A stretch of 59,274 nucleotides of DNA, filler included, from Squatina squatina (Eukaryota), in assembly GCA_031763465.1 (NCBI GenBank). It is 3 parts of 3 records of this genome, joined end to end, with 100 filler letters (N's around TTAATTAATTAA, not from the genome) between each part and the next. Parts side by side here need not be neighbours in the genome. Positions count along the whole stretch, not along the records: positions 36,199 to 59,274 come from JARFOE010000057.1; 2 more parts are not named here. One strand, given 5' to 3'. Every line of letters starts with the position of its first letter. Positions within the stretch are counted from its first letter, which is position 1. Shown piece by piece: positions 37,066-47,600 of this stretch. The notes below the pieces were generated by a model. It ran no database searches. It was not told where the DNA came from and saw only the letters and a program-made list of their open reading frames with translations. The translations under genes were made by a program, and so were the position numbers.

Positions 37066-38861
37066 NNNNNNNNNNNNNNNNNNNNNNNNNNNNNNNNNNN
37101 NNNNNNNNNNNNNNNNNNNNNNNNNNNNNNNNNNNNNNNNNNNNNNNNNNNNNNNNNNNNNNNNNNNNNNNNNNNNNNNNNNNNNNNNNNNNNNNNNNNN
37201 NNNNNNNNNNNNNNNNNNNNNNNNNNNNNNNNNNNNNNNNNNNNNNNNNNNNNNNNNNNNNNNNNNNNNNNNNNNNNNNNNNNNNNNNNNNNNNNNNNNN
37301 NNNNNNNNNNNNNNNNNNNNNNNNNNNNNNNNNNNNNNNNNNNNNNNNNNNNNNNNNNNNNNNNNNNNNNNNNNNNNNNNNNNNNNNNNNNNNNNNNNNN
37401 NNNNNNNNNNNNNNNNNNNNNNNNNNNNNNNNNNNNNNNNNNNNNNNNNNNNNNNNNNNNNNNNNNNNNNNNNNNNNNNNNNNNNNNNNNNNNNNNNNNN
37501 NNNNNNNNNNNNNNNNNNNNNNNNNNNNNNNNNNNNNNNNNNNNNNNNNNNNNNNNNNNNNNNNNNNNNNNNNNNNNNNNNNNNNNNNNNNNNNNNNNNN
37601 NNNNNNNNNNNNNNNNNNNNNNNNNNNNNNNNNNNNNNNNNNNNNNNNNNNNNNNNNNNNNNNNNNNNNNNNNNNNNNNNNNNNNNNNNNNNNNNNNNNN
37701 NNNNNNNNNNNNNNNNNNNNNNNNNNNNNNNNNNNNNNNNNNNNNNNNNNNNNNNNNNNNNNNNNNNNNNNNNNNNNNNNNNNNNNNNNNNNNNNNNNNN
37801 NNNNNNNNNNNNNNNNNNNNNNNNNNNNNNNNNNNNNNNNNNNNNNNNNNNNNNNNNNNNNNNNNNNNNNNNNNNNNNNNNNNNNNNNNNNNNNNNNNNN
37901 NNNNNAACCCCCGCAAGGTTTTTCTCTGGCTTATCTCCATGGAGGGGCTGCCAGTTTTTCCACCGCCCGCCCATCCCGATTCAGGGGCTTCCTGTCCACA
38001 CTTGTGCAGCTTTGGCAGCTCGCCAATTGTATTACTATGAGGCTCATCCGCAAAATCAGTTGGACCTTCTGCTGGCGACATCAGGCGGATGATACAATAA
38101 CCCTGTCCACTGCCCACCGAGCTCAAAAATCTCCCACTCCATCTCTTGCAATAGCTTTCCACAGATATCTATTACAAGTATCTAATGTCCTCAATGCTGT
38201 GTTCAGTAGCTAAGTATCTTCATTGTCCAGTTAAAACTTCTACCTTTCCAGATTCTGAAGTGTTTAAGGTATTTGTTACTTGAATTACAGTTTGAAATCT
38301 TAAAGTGTTAGAATATTCAACTTCCCTCTATTTGTGGCTGTTATATTGTAGAAAATGTACACATTTTTAAAGCTTCCAAGCAGGTTCAGTTCTCAGTGAG
38401 TTATTGGGCATTTGAAGAGGCAAGATGAGTGCAAATTCCTTTCTTACCAACAAAGCACGTATAATTAGCCACCCAATGTACACAAAGTTTGCAGCCAGTA
38501 GTGGCAGAGGCACAGTAGTGTTGGCTATTGTGACAAGTGGATTATTTAATGTGAACACTCACACAGCCACTCTATGAATGCGCTTGTAGTCACAGTTATA
38601 GTGTGTGTAGCTCCCAGAAATCATTGTTTGTCACAGCTTGGGGTGAGCATTTTATGAACTGCAATGTGAAGACATTCCATGGCAGCTTTGTTTCTTTCAA
38701 AGGCCAATCAAATCAAAAAATCTGACTTGTTCTTTAATGCCTAAAGCCCTTCCAAGTAGGCACCTCCCTGTTCATCACAGCCGTCTTGCGTCTTGCACAG
38801 CCCCTTCTCTAGCATTGCACTGTCACAAAGTAAATAACATTGTTCATACTCTGTCTCTTAG

Positions 38862-38998
38862 GTCTAGGGTTCAGTATTGCTGGAGGAATTGGGAATCAGC
38901 ACATTCCTGGAGATAACAGTATCTATATTACCAAAATCATTGAAGGAGGGGCAGCCCAGAAAGATGGTAGACTGCAGACAGGGGATCGGCTGCTTGCT
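38862..38998 (+). CDS. DLG3: DLG3 (SAP102) PDZ2 exon
   Basis: cttAG|GT CTA...GCT|GTAAG, 137 nt. [46 protein letters not shown]; GGIGNQ/YITK/AAQK are DLG3-type residues. Confidence 0.95.
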
Positions 38999-39139
38999 GT
39001 AAGCACTGTTTTATATTTATACACTTCATTATCTTTAATCACCTTGCTGTTTTTGAATGTGAAATGAAATGTCTTTTTATAGTAAGTCACACCAAAAAAC
39101 AAATTCAGAGGAATGACTAGTGCTTAATTGTACATTTAA

Positions 39140-39330
39140 TCAACAAGTAACAGAGAGGGTTGATGAGAGTAGTGTGGTTGATGTTGTGTATCTGGACTTT
39201 CAAAAGGCATTTGATAAAGTACCACATAGTACACCTGTTAGCAAAATTGAAGCCCATGGGATTAAAGGGGCAGTGGCAGCATGGATGTGAAATTGACAGA
39301 AAGCAGAGTGATGGCGAACATTTGTTTTTA
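39140..39330 (+). mobile_element. CR1 LINE RT fragment
   Basis: VTERVDESSVVDVVYLDFQKAFDKVPH..KIEAHGIKG. Confidence 0.9.
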
Positions 39331-39391
39331 ATTGTAGCTCTGCTTTTATGGATGGTGGAAATGTAAAAACCTTGCTCTTTGTGCTGGACAG

Positions 39392-39536
39392 GTCAATAAC
39401 ATCAGCCTACAGGAAGTACGGCACGAAGAAGCTGTGGCTGCTCTGAAGAACACCTCGGATATGGTTTATTTGAAAGTTGCTAAACCTGGTGGCAGTCACC
39501 TCAATGACGTATACGCGCCTCCTGACTACGCAAGCA
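39392..39536 (+). CDS. DLG3: DLG3 PDZ2 C-terminal exon
   Basis: gacAG|GTC...AGC A|GTAAG, 145 nt. [48 protein letters not shown]. Confidence 0.95.
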
Positions 39537-41606
39537 GTAAGTATTTACAGTGTGTCAATTGTACAGTGTTACCTCCCGCACTGACAATATTGCTACGAGG
39601 GATGAAAACTAGTCTTTGTGTGGAGCTCCCCAATAACTCAGTTGGTTAATTTTATGCCCATTGTGAAAGTGCCATATAGACCTGTAAAATTCCAAGTTTC
39701 AGTGGAAGTCTTTGCTCAGTTAACTAGTCTCAGCTGTTGCATGGTATGAGCACTAGAGCTACCCTCAGCACCCTGGGTTATTGAAAGGATGAATGAAGCT
39801 GAGTTCCCACTCAATTGCTAATGGCCCAGAGAACTGAACCTGCCACTTACCTACCCATCCTCCTAGCCTGCTTATTCTCCTGTAGTCAAAAGTCTATCAA
39901 TCATAACAAATGAATAAAATAGCAAGCCTATTGTGCTAAACCTAAAACAGATGCATAACCCTACTGCTTGGAGTTTGGATTCCAGAATGGTGGTGCCAGC
40001 AATGTTAGTGAGAGTATGTGTATTTTTTTTTCTAATTAAAAATCATTGTAAGTTTAAAATATTTTTTAATGTTACCATCTCAATATCACATTTCTAACAT
40101 TTGGTAATTTCAGATAACATTTAAAGATATTTAAAGTAGGTGTACATTATAAATGGCTTGTTGGAAGGAGTAATTCAGTTGGACACTTCTTATCATTGCA
40201 TATTTGTTATTATTCGCTGAACTCCGTTCTCGGCAAACCTCTCAGTTTTCAACACAAGGGAATGCTAAGAGATTTATAATCGGCAAGAGCGACACACTCT
40301 GAAAATCCAATTAAATGCATAGATCTGTGTTCATCCAGCAGAATGACTTTTGTCAGAATGGGTTGCATTTCAAACCAAAAAAAGCGAGTCACTTTCGAAG
40401 AGCAACACTTGCCAGGTTTGCTTGCACCACTGTTTTGAATGTGTGCAGAATGATCATATAATCTGGCTAATCACTTAACTTCGTTTACTGTGAGATCAAA
40501 GGATACTGGATAATTGAAGCATTAACTCAGCAAGGGATTTATAGTAGAATCAAACCGTGAAAGCAAAGTAATTTGAGCAACACACAAGTTCAACTTTTCC
40601 AATGTTTATTGTGTTTTTTATAATATTTATTACACACACACATGCGCAAACAACTTTGGGATCACTGCTGCTGTTAATTTGGGTTACGATGGGAGGAGAT
40701 AAAGCTCATTTAAATTGAAGATAAGAATTTAAATGGACATTGTTGCCCAAGTGGGCAACACCAAAGTGGGAGTTTTGATGCAGGATGTCCCTGAAACTAA
40801 ACTTATCTAAAGGACCTCCAAAACTGTAGTGATGCCCCAAAAAGTTGATGGAGATCTGCTGCTTTTGCATAAGATTTAGTTTTAAAATTGCTTCTCTGCA
40901 GCCTTTGTACTGTTTGAACAGCTAAACTATTCAGTTGAGAAAAAGCTCCAAAACGTTGTTTCCCTGCAGATCATCAATCATAATCTGGTTTCTGTGGGTT
41001 TAGACTTTAAGGATTTTGCATTCATAGTCATGGTAATTGATTAATAATTGCACCCAAATTTAAACTGGACATGTTAATGGAAAAATAAATAATACATGAG
41101 GTACATAAAATTTTCACTTTTAAAAATCATACTTTACAAAGACATTCCTCTCTTATTTGAAAAAATAATAAATTTGAGTTCATCATTCTTTATAAGATTA
41201 CAGGAGTTAAATTGATAAAAATGCAAATGGCAATAAACCAATCATAGGTCACATAATCCGAACAGAAAAACAAACATTTAGTAATTGGCAAAGAGCAAAC
41301 ACTTTAATGCAATTTATTATTCAGATAACTCCCTAAGGACCAATCTGGGGCACCTTGGGAGAACAATAAAACTCGGTGTAACACTAGAGGCATAAAGAAT
41401 TCAGAATTCTCTCATGAATGAGTTGACCACTGGCCGGTATGTTTTGTACTCTGACATCTAGGAATTGAAAGTCCTGAAACCGATTTTCAACTGCTCAGTG
41501 AAAATAGGGCCAGTTAAAAATTGCCAGATGTTCATTCCATGCAACAGCATTTTTTTTTTGAAAAGGATCAGTAGATCTGAGAGCTTAACCTATGTGACCA
41601 TATTCT

Positions 41607-41992
41607 AACAATAACTTGCATTTATATAGTGCTTTTAACATAGTAAAACACCCCAAGGCACTTCACAGGAGCGTTATCAAACAAAATTTGACACCGAGCC
41701 ACATAAAGAGATATTAAGACAGGTGACCAAAAGCTTTTTTTTATAATTCATTCTTGGGATGTGGGTGTCGCTGGCAAGGCCAGCATTTAAAGAGGTAGGT
41801 TTCAAGGAGCACCTTTAAAGGAGGAGAGAGAAGTGGAGATGTTTAGGGAGGGAGTTCCCGAGCTTAGGGCCTAGGCGACTGAAGGTACTGTCACCAGTGG
41901 TAGAGAGCTGAAATGCGCAACAGGCCAGAACTGGAGGAGCGCAGAGATATTGGCTGAAGGAGGTTACAGAGATAGGCAAGGGCAAGGTCATG
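41607..41992 (-). mobile_element. L2 LINE 3' end with nested SINE tail
   Basis: Begins AACAATAACTTGCATTTATATAGTGC (also at about 12335 and 17375); reverse-similar to 56157-56450. Confidence 0.85.
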
Positions 41993-42452
41993 NNNNNNNN
42001 NNNNNNNNNNNNNNNNNNNNNNNNNNNNNNNNNNNNNNNNNNNNNNNNNNNNNNNNNNNNNNNNNNNNNNNNNNNNNNNNNNNNNNNNNNNNAGCACAGG
42101 GCACTGGAGAACAGTTACAGACAACTATGAAAAATGGATTCAAAGAGCACACGGTTTTCTCAGTGTTCTATGCTCAGACAGATCAATGAGTCTCCTGAAA
42201 AGATGACCTTCAGAAGTTACAATTACGAGAAGCGGGGAGTGGCCAGCTGCCTGTGCCACCATATAGTCCTACACAAGTAACTGCAAGCATCACCTCCAAA
42301 AGCAGCGACATTATGATAGGTCAAGCAATGGAGACTCTTGGGAACTGATACAAGTACATCAGATTTAGTCACAAAGAGGTAGTGAGCTTTCTGTATCACA
42401 TGCAGTTTGCCAGTTGGCCGAGCAATAACCCACCACTGCTATTCCCTCAGCT

Positions 42453-42913
42453 AGAAAGAAGAAAGAACTTGCTTTTATATAGTGGTTTTCACAACCACAG
42501 GAAGACCCAAAGTGCTTCACAGTGATGAAGTGCAGTCACTGTTGTAATGTAGGGAAAAGTGTCAGCCAGTTTGCACACAGCAGGGTCCCACAAACAGCAA
42601 TGAGATAAATTACCAGATAACTTGATTTTTTTTTAAGTGGTATTGATTGAGGGATTAATGTTGGCAGAGCACCAGGAGAACTTCCCACTCTTCTTTGAGT
42701 AGTGGCATAGGATCTTTTATGTCCACCTGAGAGGGCACACGGGGCCTTATTTTAATGTCTCATCCAAAAGAAGGCACTTCCAACAGTGCAACACTCCCTC
42801 AGCACTACACTGAAGAGTCAGCCTTGGCTCAGTGGTAGGACTCTTGATCCCTAAGTCCAAAGGTTGTAGTTTCAAGCCCCACTCCAGAGTCTTCAGCACA
42901 TAATCTAAGTTGA
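42453..42913 (-). mobile_element. Deu-domain SINE (SacSINE1/AmnSINE1-like) with inverted tRNA head
   Basis: Reverse strand carries the Deu core (GAGGGAGTGTTGCACTGTTGGAAGTGCC..GGATGAGACATTAAA..CTCTCAGGTGGACATAAAAGATCC) and an L2-like tail; A/B boxes lie on the plus strand at 42825-42880. Confidence 0.85.
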
Positions 42914-43004
42914 GCTAGGGAACCCCTATAAGTAGAGTACACCAGCCTTATGCAGTAATTTGTGACTCAAGGAGTTTGATTTTCATATGTGGTGGCCATC
43001 GGAC

Positions 43005-43760
43005 AGGCAATGCTCATGTAGCAAGGTTGTGGATAATGCAGCAGCTGACCACTCTCTTCAGGCTGTAATACAGGAAGTCCCCAGACCTGTCCCAGCAGCA
43101 CAAGCATTGTCTGCTCAGCGATGATCGTATGTGCGTTCCAGAGAGGTTCCTTGAGCCAGGTGTGAAGGGAATAGCTCTTGTTACCAAGCCTTTGACTTTG
43201 GGGGGAAGAATCTAGGACTGGTACAGTATGAAGGCATCGTGATAGATGCGAGGAAAGCGGGCACAGACCTGCATAGTATGTTAATAGTGATCACGCACCA
43301 GCTGAACATTAAGGGAGTCAAAACCCTTATGATCCATAAAGGCTGCTGGTTCATTGGCCTTGATATTACATGGATGCAGTCAATGACACCCCATGCCATG
43401 CACTAAAGGCAGTGCCCAGAGTCCTTTCCTGTTGGTTCTGGATGTCCTTGAGAAAGATGATGAATTAGTCAGCTTTTGTAAACACGGTATCAGTCACGTG
43501 CTTGATGCAGGCATGGACTGCAGACTGACTAATATGACTGCTGTCAACTGCTGCAGTCTAGAAAGAACCCAAGGCAAAATAAATTAGCAGACCATGGTTA
43601 CTTTCACTGCCACAGACAATGCATGACCATCTGGGAGAGAGGCTGCACAGGTCTCTGACAGCGTCTTTTGAGAAGCAGATGAACTCCTCCTAGGAAAACT
43701 GGTGGTAGGTTAGTCTAGGCCTGTAGACCTGATGGGCAGGGTCAGGATGCCTACGAGCAG
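43005..43760 (-). mobile_element. PIF/Harbinger DDE transposase (HARBI1-like) pseudogene; element may extend to about 44405
   Basis: Minus-strand motifs in order: HQVYRPR, ALSVAVKVT, ISQSAVHACIKHVTD, GVIDCIHV, KGFDSLNVQLV, ARFP..HDAFIL, GNKSY, CCIIHNLA; many stops and frameshifts. Confidence 0.9.
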
Positions 43761-45029
43761 TCCTCCCCTTTGTGGTCTCCTTACAGCCCTAAATGCAGCT
43801 GGTTGAGGTTCCCTGACCTCTGCTGCTGTTTCTGCTACTCTTCCTCCAGCCAGCATAGCGTAGCTTGGTGACTGCAATGTTGAACATGGTGCAGTCCCTC
43901 TCTGAGCTTCTTGATGGTTTTGAAGCAGACTAAAGCACAAGTACAGCAACTTCCAAGGCTGTACACTCACCTGAAAAAATCCAGCCAGGTGAATTGCAAA
44001 CAGATTCCAATGATCTGAGTACTTGTAGGTGAGTACTTGTACTTTAAATAGCGCTTCCAAATGAGTACTTGTGGGTGGTTGCCCCTCTAAATTGTGCTTC
44101 CAAATGCCATTTTGTGCCTGTTCTGCTAAATAGTACTTGGCGGGTCCAACACTATGCACTACTTCTGCTTTTTCCAGTGAAAATGGCATTGGGGTTCGAT
44201 TAACATTACAAGACCCCAATTTAAATACTTTAATGAGGCTCCCCCACCCCGCTTCAGGCAGGCATCTATGCTGTTTTCGTGAAGGCCCCAATCAAAATGG
44301 TGGTGGCCGGATCGGGAATGGGAAGAGAGCAATGAATGTGGAACTGAATATTTTGGAGTCCTACAGCCCTATTCACATCCGCTGGAGGTACTTAAAATCA
44401 ACCCCCTGATCATCTTCTGTCTCTGTGCTGAAATATTTCCGTATCCTGATCTCTCTTTCTCTCTGTCTCTGCTGTTGTATTTGAATATCATTATCTCTCT
44501 GGGACAGTGCATTTGGGTATTCTAATCACTGTGCTGTAGGATTGGATTGCAGTCCGCCTGTAGGTGGAGTGACTGATTATGCAACAAGCAGTTGTGTTAC
44601 AAAGGTTACAATCAAGGAGTTCAGGGTGTGGGCTGAAAACCGGAACTATTATGGCTCAAGACATTCAACACCAAGGGGCTGAGTGAGTACTGGGATATTC
44701 TATGATAATCTTCAGATTGGTAATAAGTTGCACGGTGTTTAGAAATGTAGTAAAGGTGAAGGCCAACTACTAACAGAGAACTGATAATTTGCACCTTTAG
44801 GAAAGTACTTCCTGGTTATGGAGCAGGCTGCAGGTCCCTAAGCATTTGGAGCGGCATACTGCAGCAAAGTGCAAAAGCTACATATCAATCACTCCTAGTT
44901 AGCACAACTTTCTCACTGACCCTCTCTGTCAGGGCATTTAGATTCTACACAACTGTACTGTAATTCCTAATACTTAAGTGTTAGTATTGCAATGCAAATT
45001 GAGGGAGTGAAATTATAAGTTGAAACTTG

Positions 45030-45195
45030 CTGATTTAATCCTGTAGAACTGGTACGTCCGCATTTGAAATATTGTGTGGAATTTCAGGCACCCTACCTTG
45101 AAAACCACGTTGATGCATTGTAGAATTCTAAAAGAACGACTAGAGATTACATGATTTAAAGCCGTAAATTGTGAAGAGGGACTATCAGAACTTCC
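45030..45195 (+). mobile_element. Old CR1 LINE fragment
   Basis: LVRPHLKYCVEFQAPYLENHVDAL. Confidence 0.6.
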
Positions 45196-45414
45196 AACAA
45201 TGCAGTACTTCACTGAAGCTTATATTGGGTAACTTTTGCAAGGTGCTGCACCACCAGTGGGGCCTTGCACACAGCTAGCAAATATTGGAAAGTTGCGGTT
45301 GTGCTGCCCATAATTTTCGATTAATTGATTTCAATGCATACCTGTAATTTTTAATAGAGCTGTACTTTTCTAATATTCTCTGGCTGCATGTAAAATTTAC
45401 CCCTACATGGCCAA

Positions 45415-45487
45415 AGTCCTGATATGGGACTCAAATCCACAAACTTCTGATTCTGAAACAAGAGCGCTATGAACTGAGCCAAGCTAG
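45415..45487 (-). mobile_element. SINE tRNA-like head
   Basis: Reverse strand TTGGCTCAGTTCATAGCGCTCTTG..TCAGAAGTTTGTGGATTTGAGTCCCA resembles the head at 42824-42890. Confidence 0.6.
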
Positions 45488-45859
45488 CACACAAAGAGAG
45501 ATGTCGGTTGCCTAAGAGAGAGACAAATTACATTAGAGTGAGAGAGAACAACTGCCCATTCATAACTGCCATTGGAAATTGATTAGCAGTGTGCCAGTCC
45601 TGAGAAGCGCATCAGTATTGCCACACTATCAGAGAGTTTAATATTTGAGTTTAGAATGCCCTGTGAGGAGGAAATGTTCTAAATGATTTTTCAACACATT
45701 TTACTTGAATGAATACTGGGCTAATACTTTACAGCTAATAGAGGAATCGTGTCAGGGTAGCAGAATTACCCGTGACTGGATCCTATGATTTTTGTTCTTG
45801 AAATTTTAATAGAAATGAAGTACCAATTCTGGTCTTGTGTCTTTTAAACAACCCCACTC

Positions 45860-46912
45860 CTCTTAGGCATGAATAGAATCCTGTTCTTTGTCAGCCTTAG
45901 CAATCGCAACTTCAGCTGTGTATACCAATTGTTAAAGAATGCAGGAGGGCATGTTGGTCTTTATTGTATTTACCCTAGCCAGGAGTGGTGTGGCAGGTAT
46001 TCCAATAGTTTGGGCAGTATATATACTAATTGAACTTAATCTCTGAAATTTGCCCAAATTCTCTGAGGATTTGAAAGATGCCAGGGAGTGAGGTGTTTCG
46101 GATTAGTTTTCTATGGTAGTATGTCATAGAATTACATAGAATTTACAGTACAGAAACAGGCCATTCGGTCCAACTGGTTCATGCGGAGTTTATGCTCCAC
46201 ATGAACCTCTTCCCTCCCTACTTCTTCTAACTCTTCTATTCCTTTCACCCTCATGTACTAGGTTGCCAGTGGTTCTATGGCCAAGGCTCAGAGAAAGGTC
46301 AATGGGGGATAGCCATGTTAGATTCCTTGATGGAAGGAGAATTCAGGGCACCAGAGATAATTATTGCTTACTGTGGCTGTGGAGTGTGACCACAGGATTT
46401 TAATCTATCTCCTAAGTGGGTCACGAAAAATCATTTTCTCAAGTGCGTTGAGGAAGAGCTGCAACTCCACCCAGTGAAATATATTTTCTGAGTCCAGCGT
46501 ACCAGGGCACATGTGTTGGAGATATTACATTGGTGCATCACATTCAATAGTGCCAATTATGTTATGTCTACTTGGAATAGCCAGGAGTTAACTGCATCTA
46601 GCCTGGAGGCCAGGATTTTGATCAGGACTTTAGTCAGCATTAAGCAGAGTTGTAGATCTGTATGAACTACACTGGGAGGCCTCTTCTTTTTTTGATGTAT
46701 TAATGTGACTGTAGCTGCCTTAAAGGTGGCTGACAAGATGTTGGCTCCAGTACTTGGTGGGGAAGTTGCAACAGATGGTGCTGAGCCCTGAAAACAGGGC
46801 TTTGTAAAATTCAGCAGGGGTAGCTTTAAAGTACTGGGATGCCTTAGATTGAAGACTTCTTACTGCCAGCTGGAACTTGCTGGCTGAGATTGGGATATCA
46901 TACAACTGCTCA
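45860..46912 (-). mobile_element. L1/Tx1 LINE RT-domain relic, interrupted by a CR1 tail at about 46125-46260
   Basis: Minus-strand motifs in order: AVRSLQSK..PAEFYK, ATVTLI, SYRSTTLLNAD, KILASRL, LDSE..FHWVE, ALAIEPLA, REFGQIS, ARVNTIK. Confidence 0.8.
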
Positions 46913-46929
46913 TTCCTGGGAGAGTACTA

Positions 46930-47161
46930 CCGGGTACGGTAGCATAGCGATTATGTTACTTGACTAATGATCTAAAGACGTGAGTTCAAATCCCACCACG
47001 GCATGTGGAATTTAAATTCAGTTAGTTTAATAAATATGGAATGAAAAGCTAGTATTAGTAATGGTGACCATGAAACTATCGGATTGTCGTAAAAACCCAT
47101 CTAACCCATCACTAATGTCCTTTAGGGAAGGAAATCTGATGTCAGACCCCCAGCAATGTGG
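46930..47161 (+). mobile_element. Shark tRNA-derived SINE 5' part
   Basis: GGTAGCATAGCG A-box-like and GAGTTCAAATCCC B-box; body shared with the 5540 and 7018 copies. Confidence 0.8.
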
Positions 47162-47438
47162 NNNNNNNNNNNNNNNNNNNNNNNNNNNNNNNNNNNNNNN
47201 NNNNNNNNNNNNNNNNNNNNNNNNNNNNNNNNNNNNNNNNNNNNNNNNNNNNNNNNNNNNNAAGGCACATGGGCCAAATGCCGTCCTTCCATGCTGAAAT
47301 TTCTGATTCTATTATTGATACTTGTTGTATTCAGTGACCTCTGTGAATGTGGAATCAGCTGTGGGAGTTTCCATCGTCATTTTCACTCTTGCTTGTGCAT
47401 CACAATCTTATCTCAGTGATTCTTTCTGTATTTACTAG

Positions 47439-47600
47439 GCCTGAACCTGTTTACAGCACGGTGATCAAACAGAGTGGCCAACCTGAGCCACCTCCATCTC
47501 CTAAGGGGTATACCAGTATAACTCGTAACATGCATCCTTGTTTCTCATCCGGTCCCACTCGCAACGCTGTCAGCCAGGGAGTTGATATTATCTCCAGCAG
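47439..47600 (+). CDS. DLG3: Putative DLG3 cassette exon in the PDZ2-PDZ3 linker
   Basis: tttactAG|G CCT...AGC AG|GTAC, 162 nt, phase 2-2, open. (R)PEPVYSTVIKQSGQPEPPPSPKGY.. resembles DLG2 RPPEPVYSTVNK..PASPRHYS. Confidence 0.8.

Noticed and set aside
36592-38213. Long ORFs of 200-480 aa here and at 27301-28091 and 58191-58773
   Set aside because: They consist almost entirely of N gaps translated as X, with LINE fragments or non-coding sequence at the edges.
42824-42890. tRNA gene (also 45415-45487 and 46930-47000)
   Set aside because: A/B boxes are attached to or match SINE sequence and no cloverleaf can be formed.
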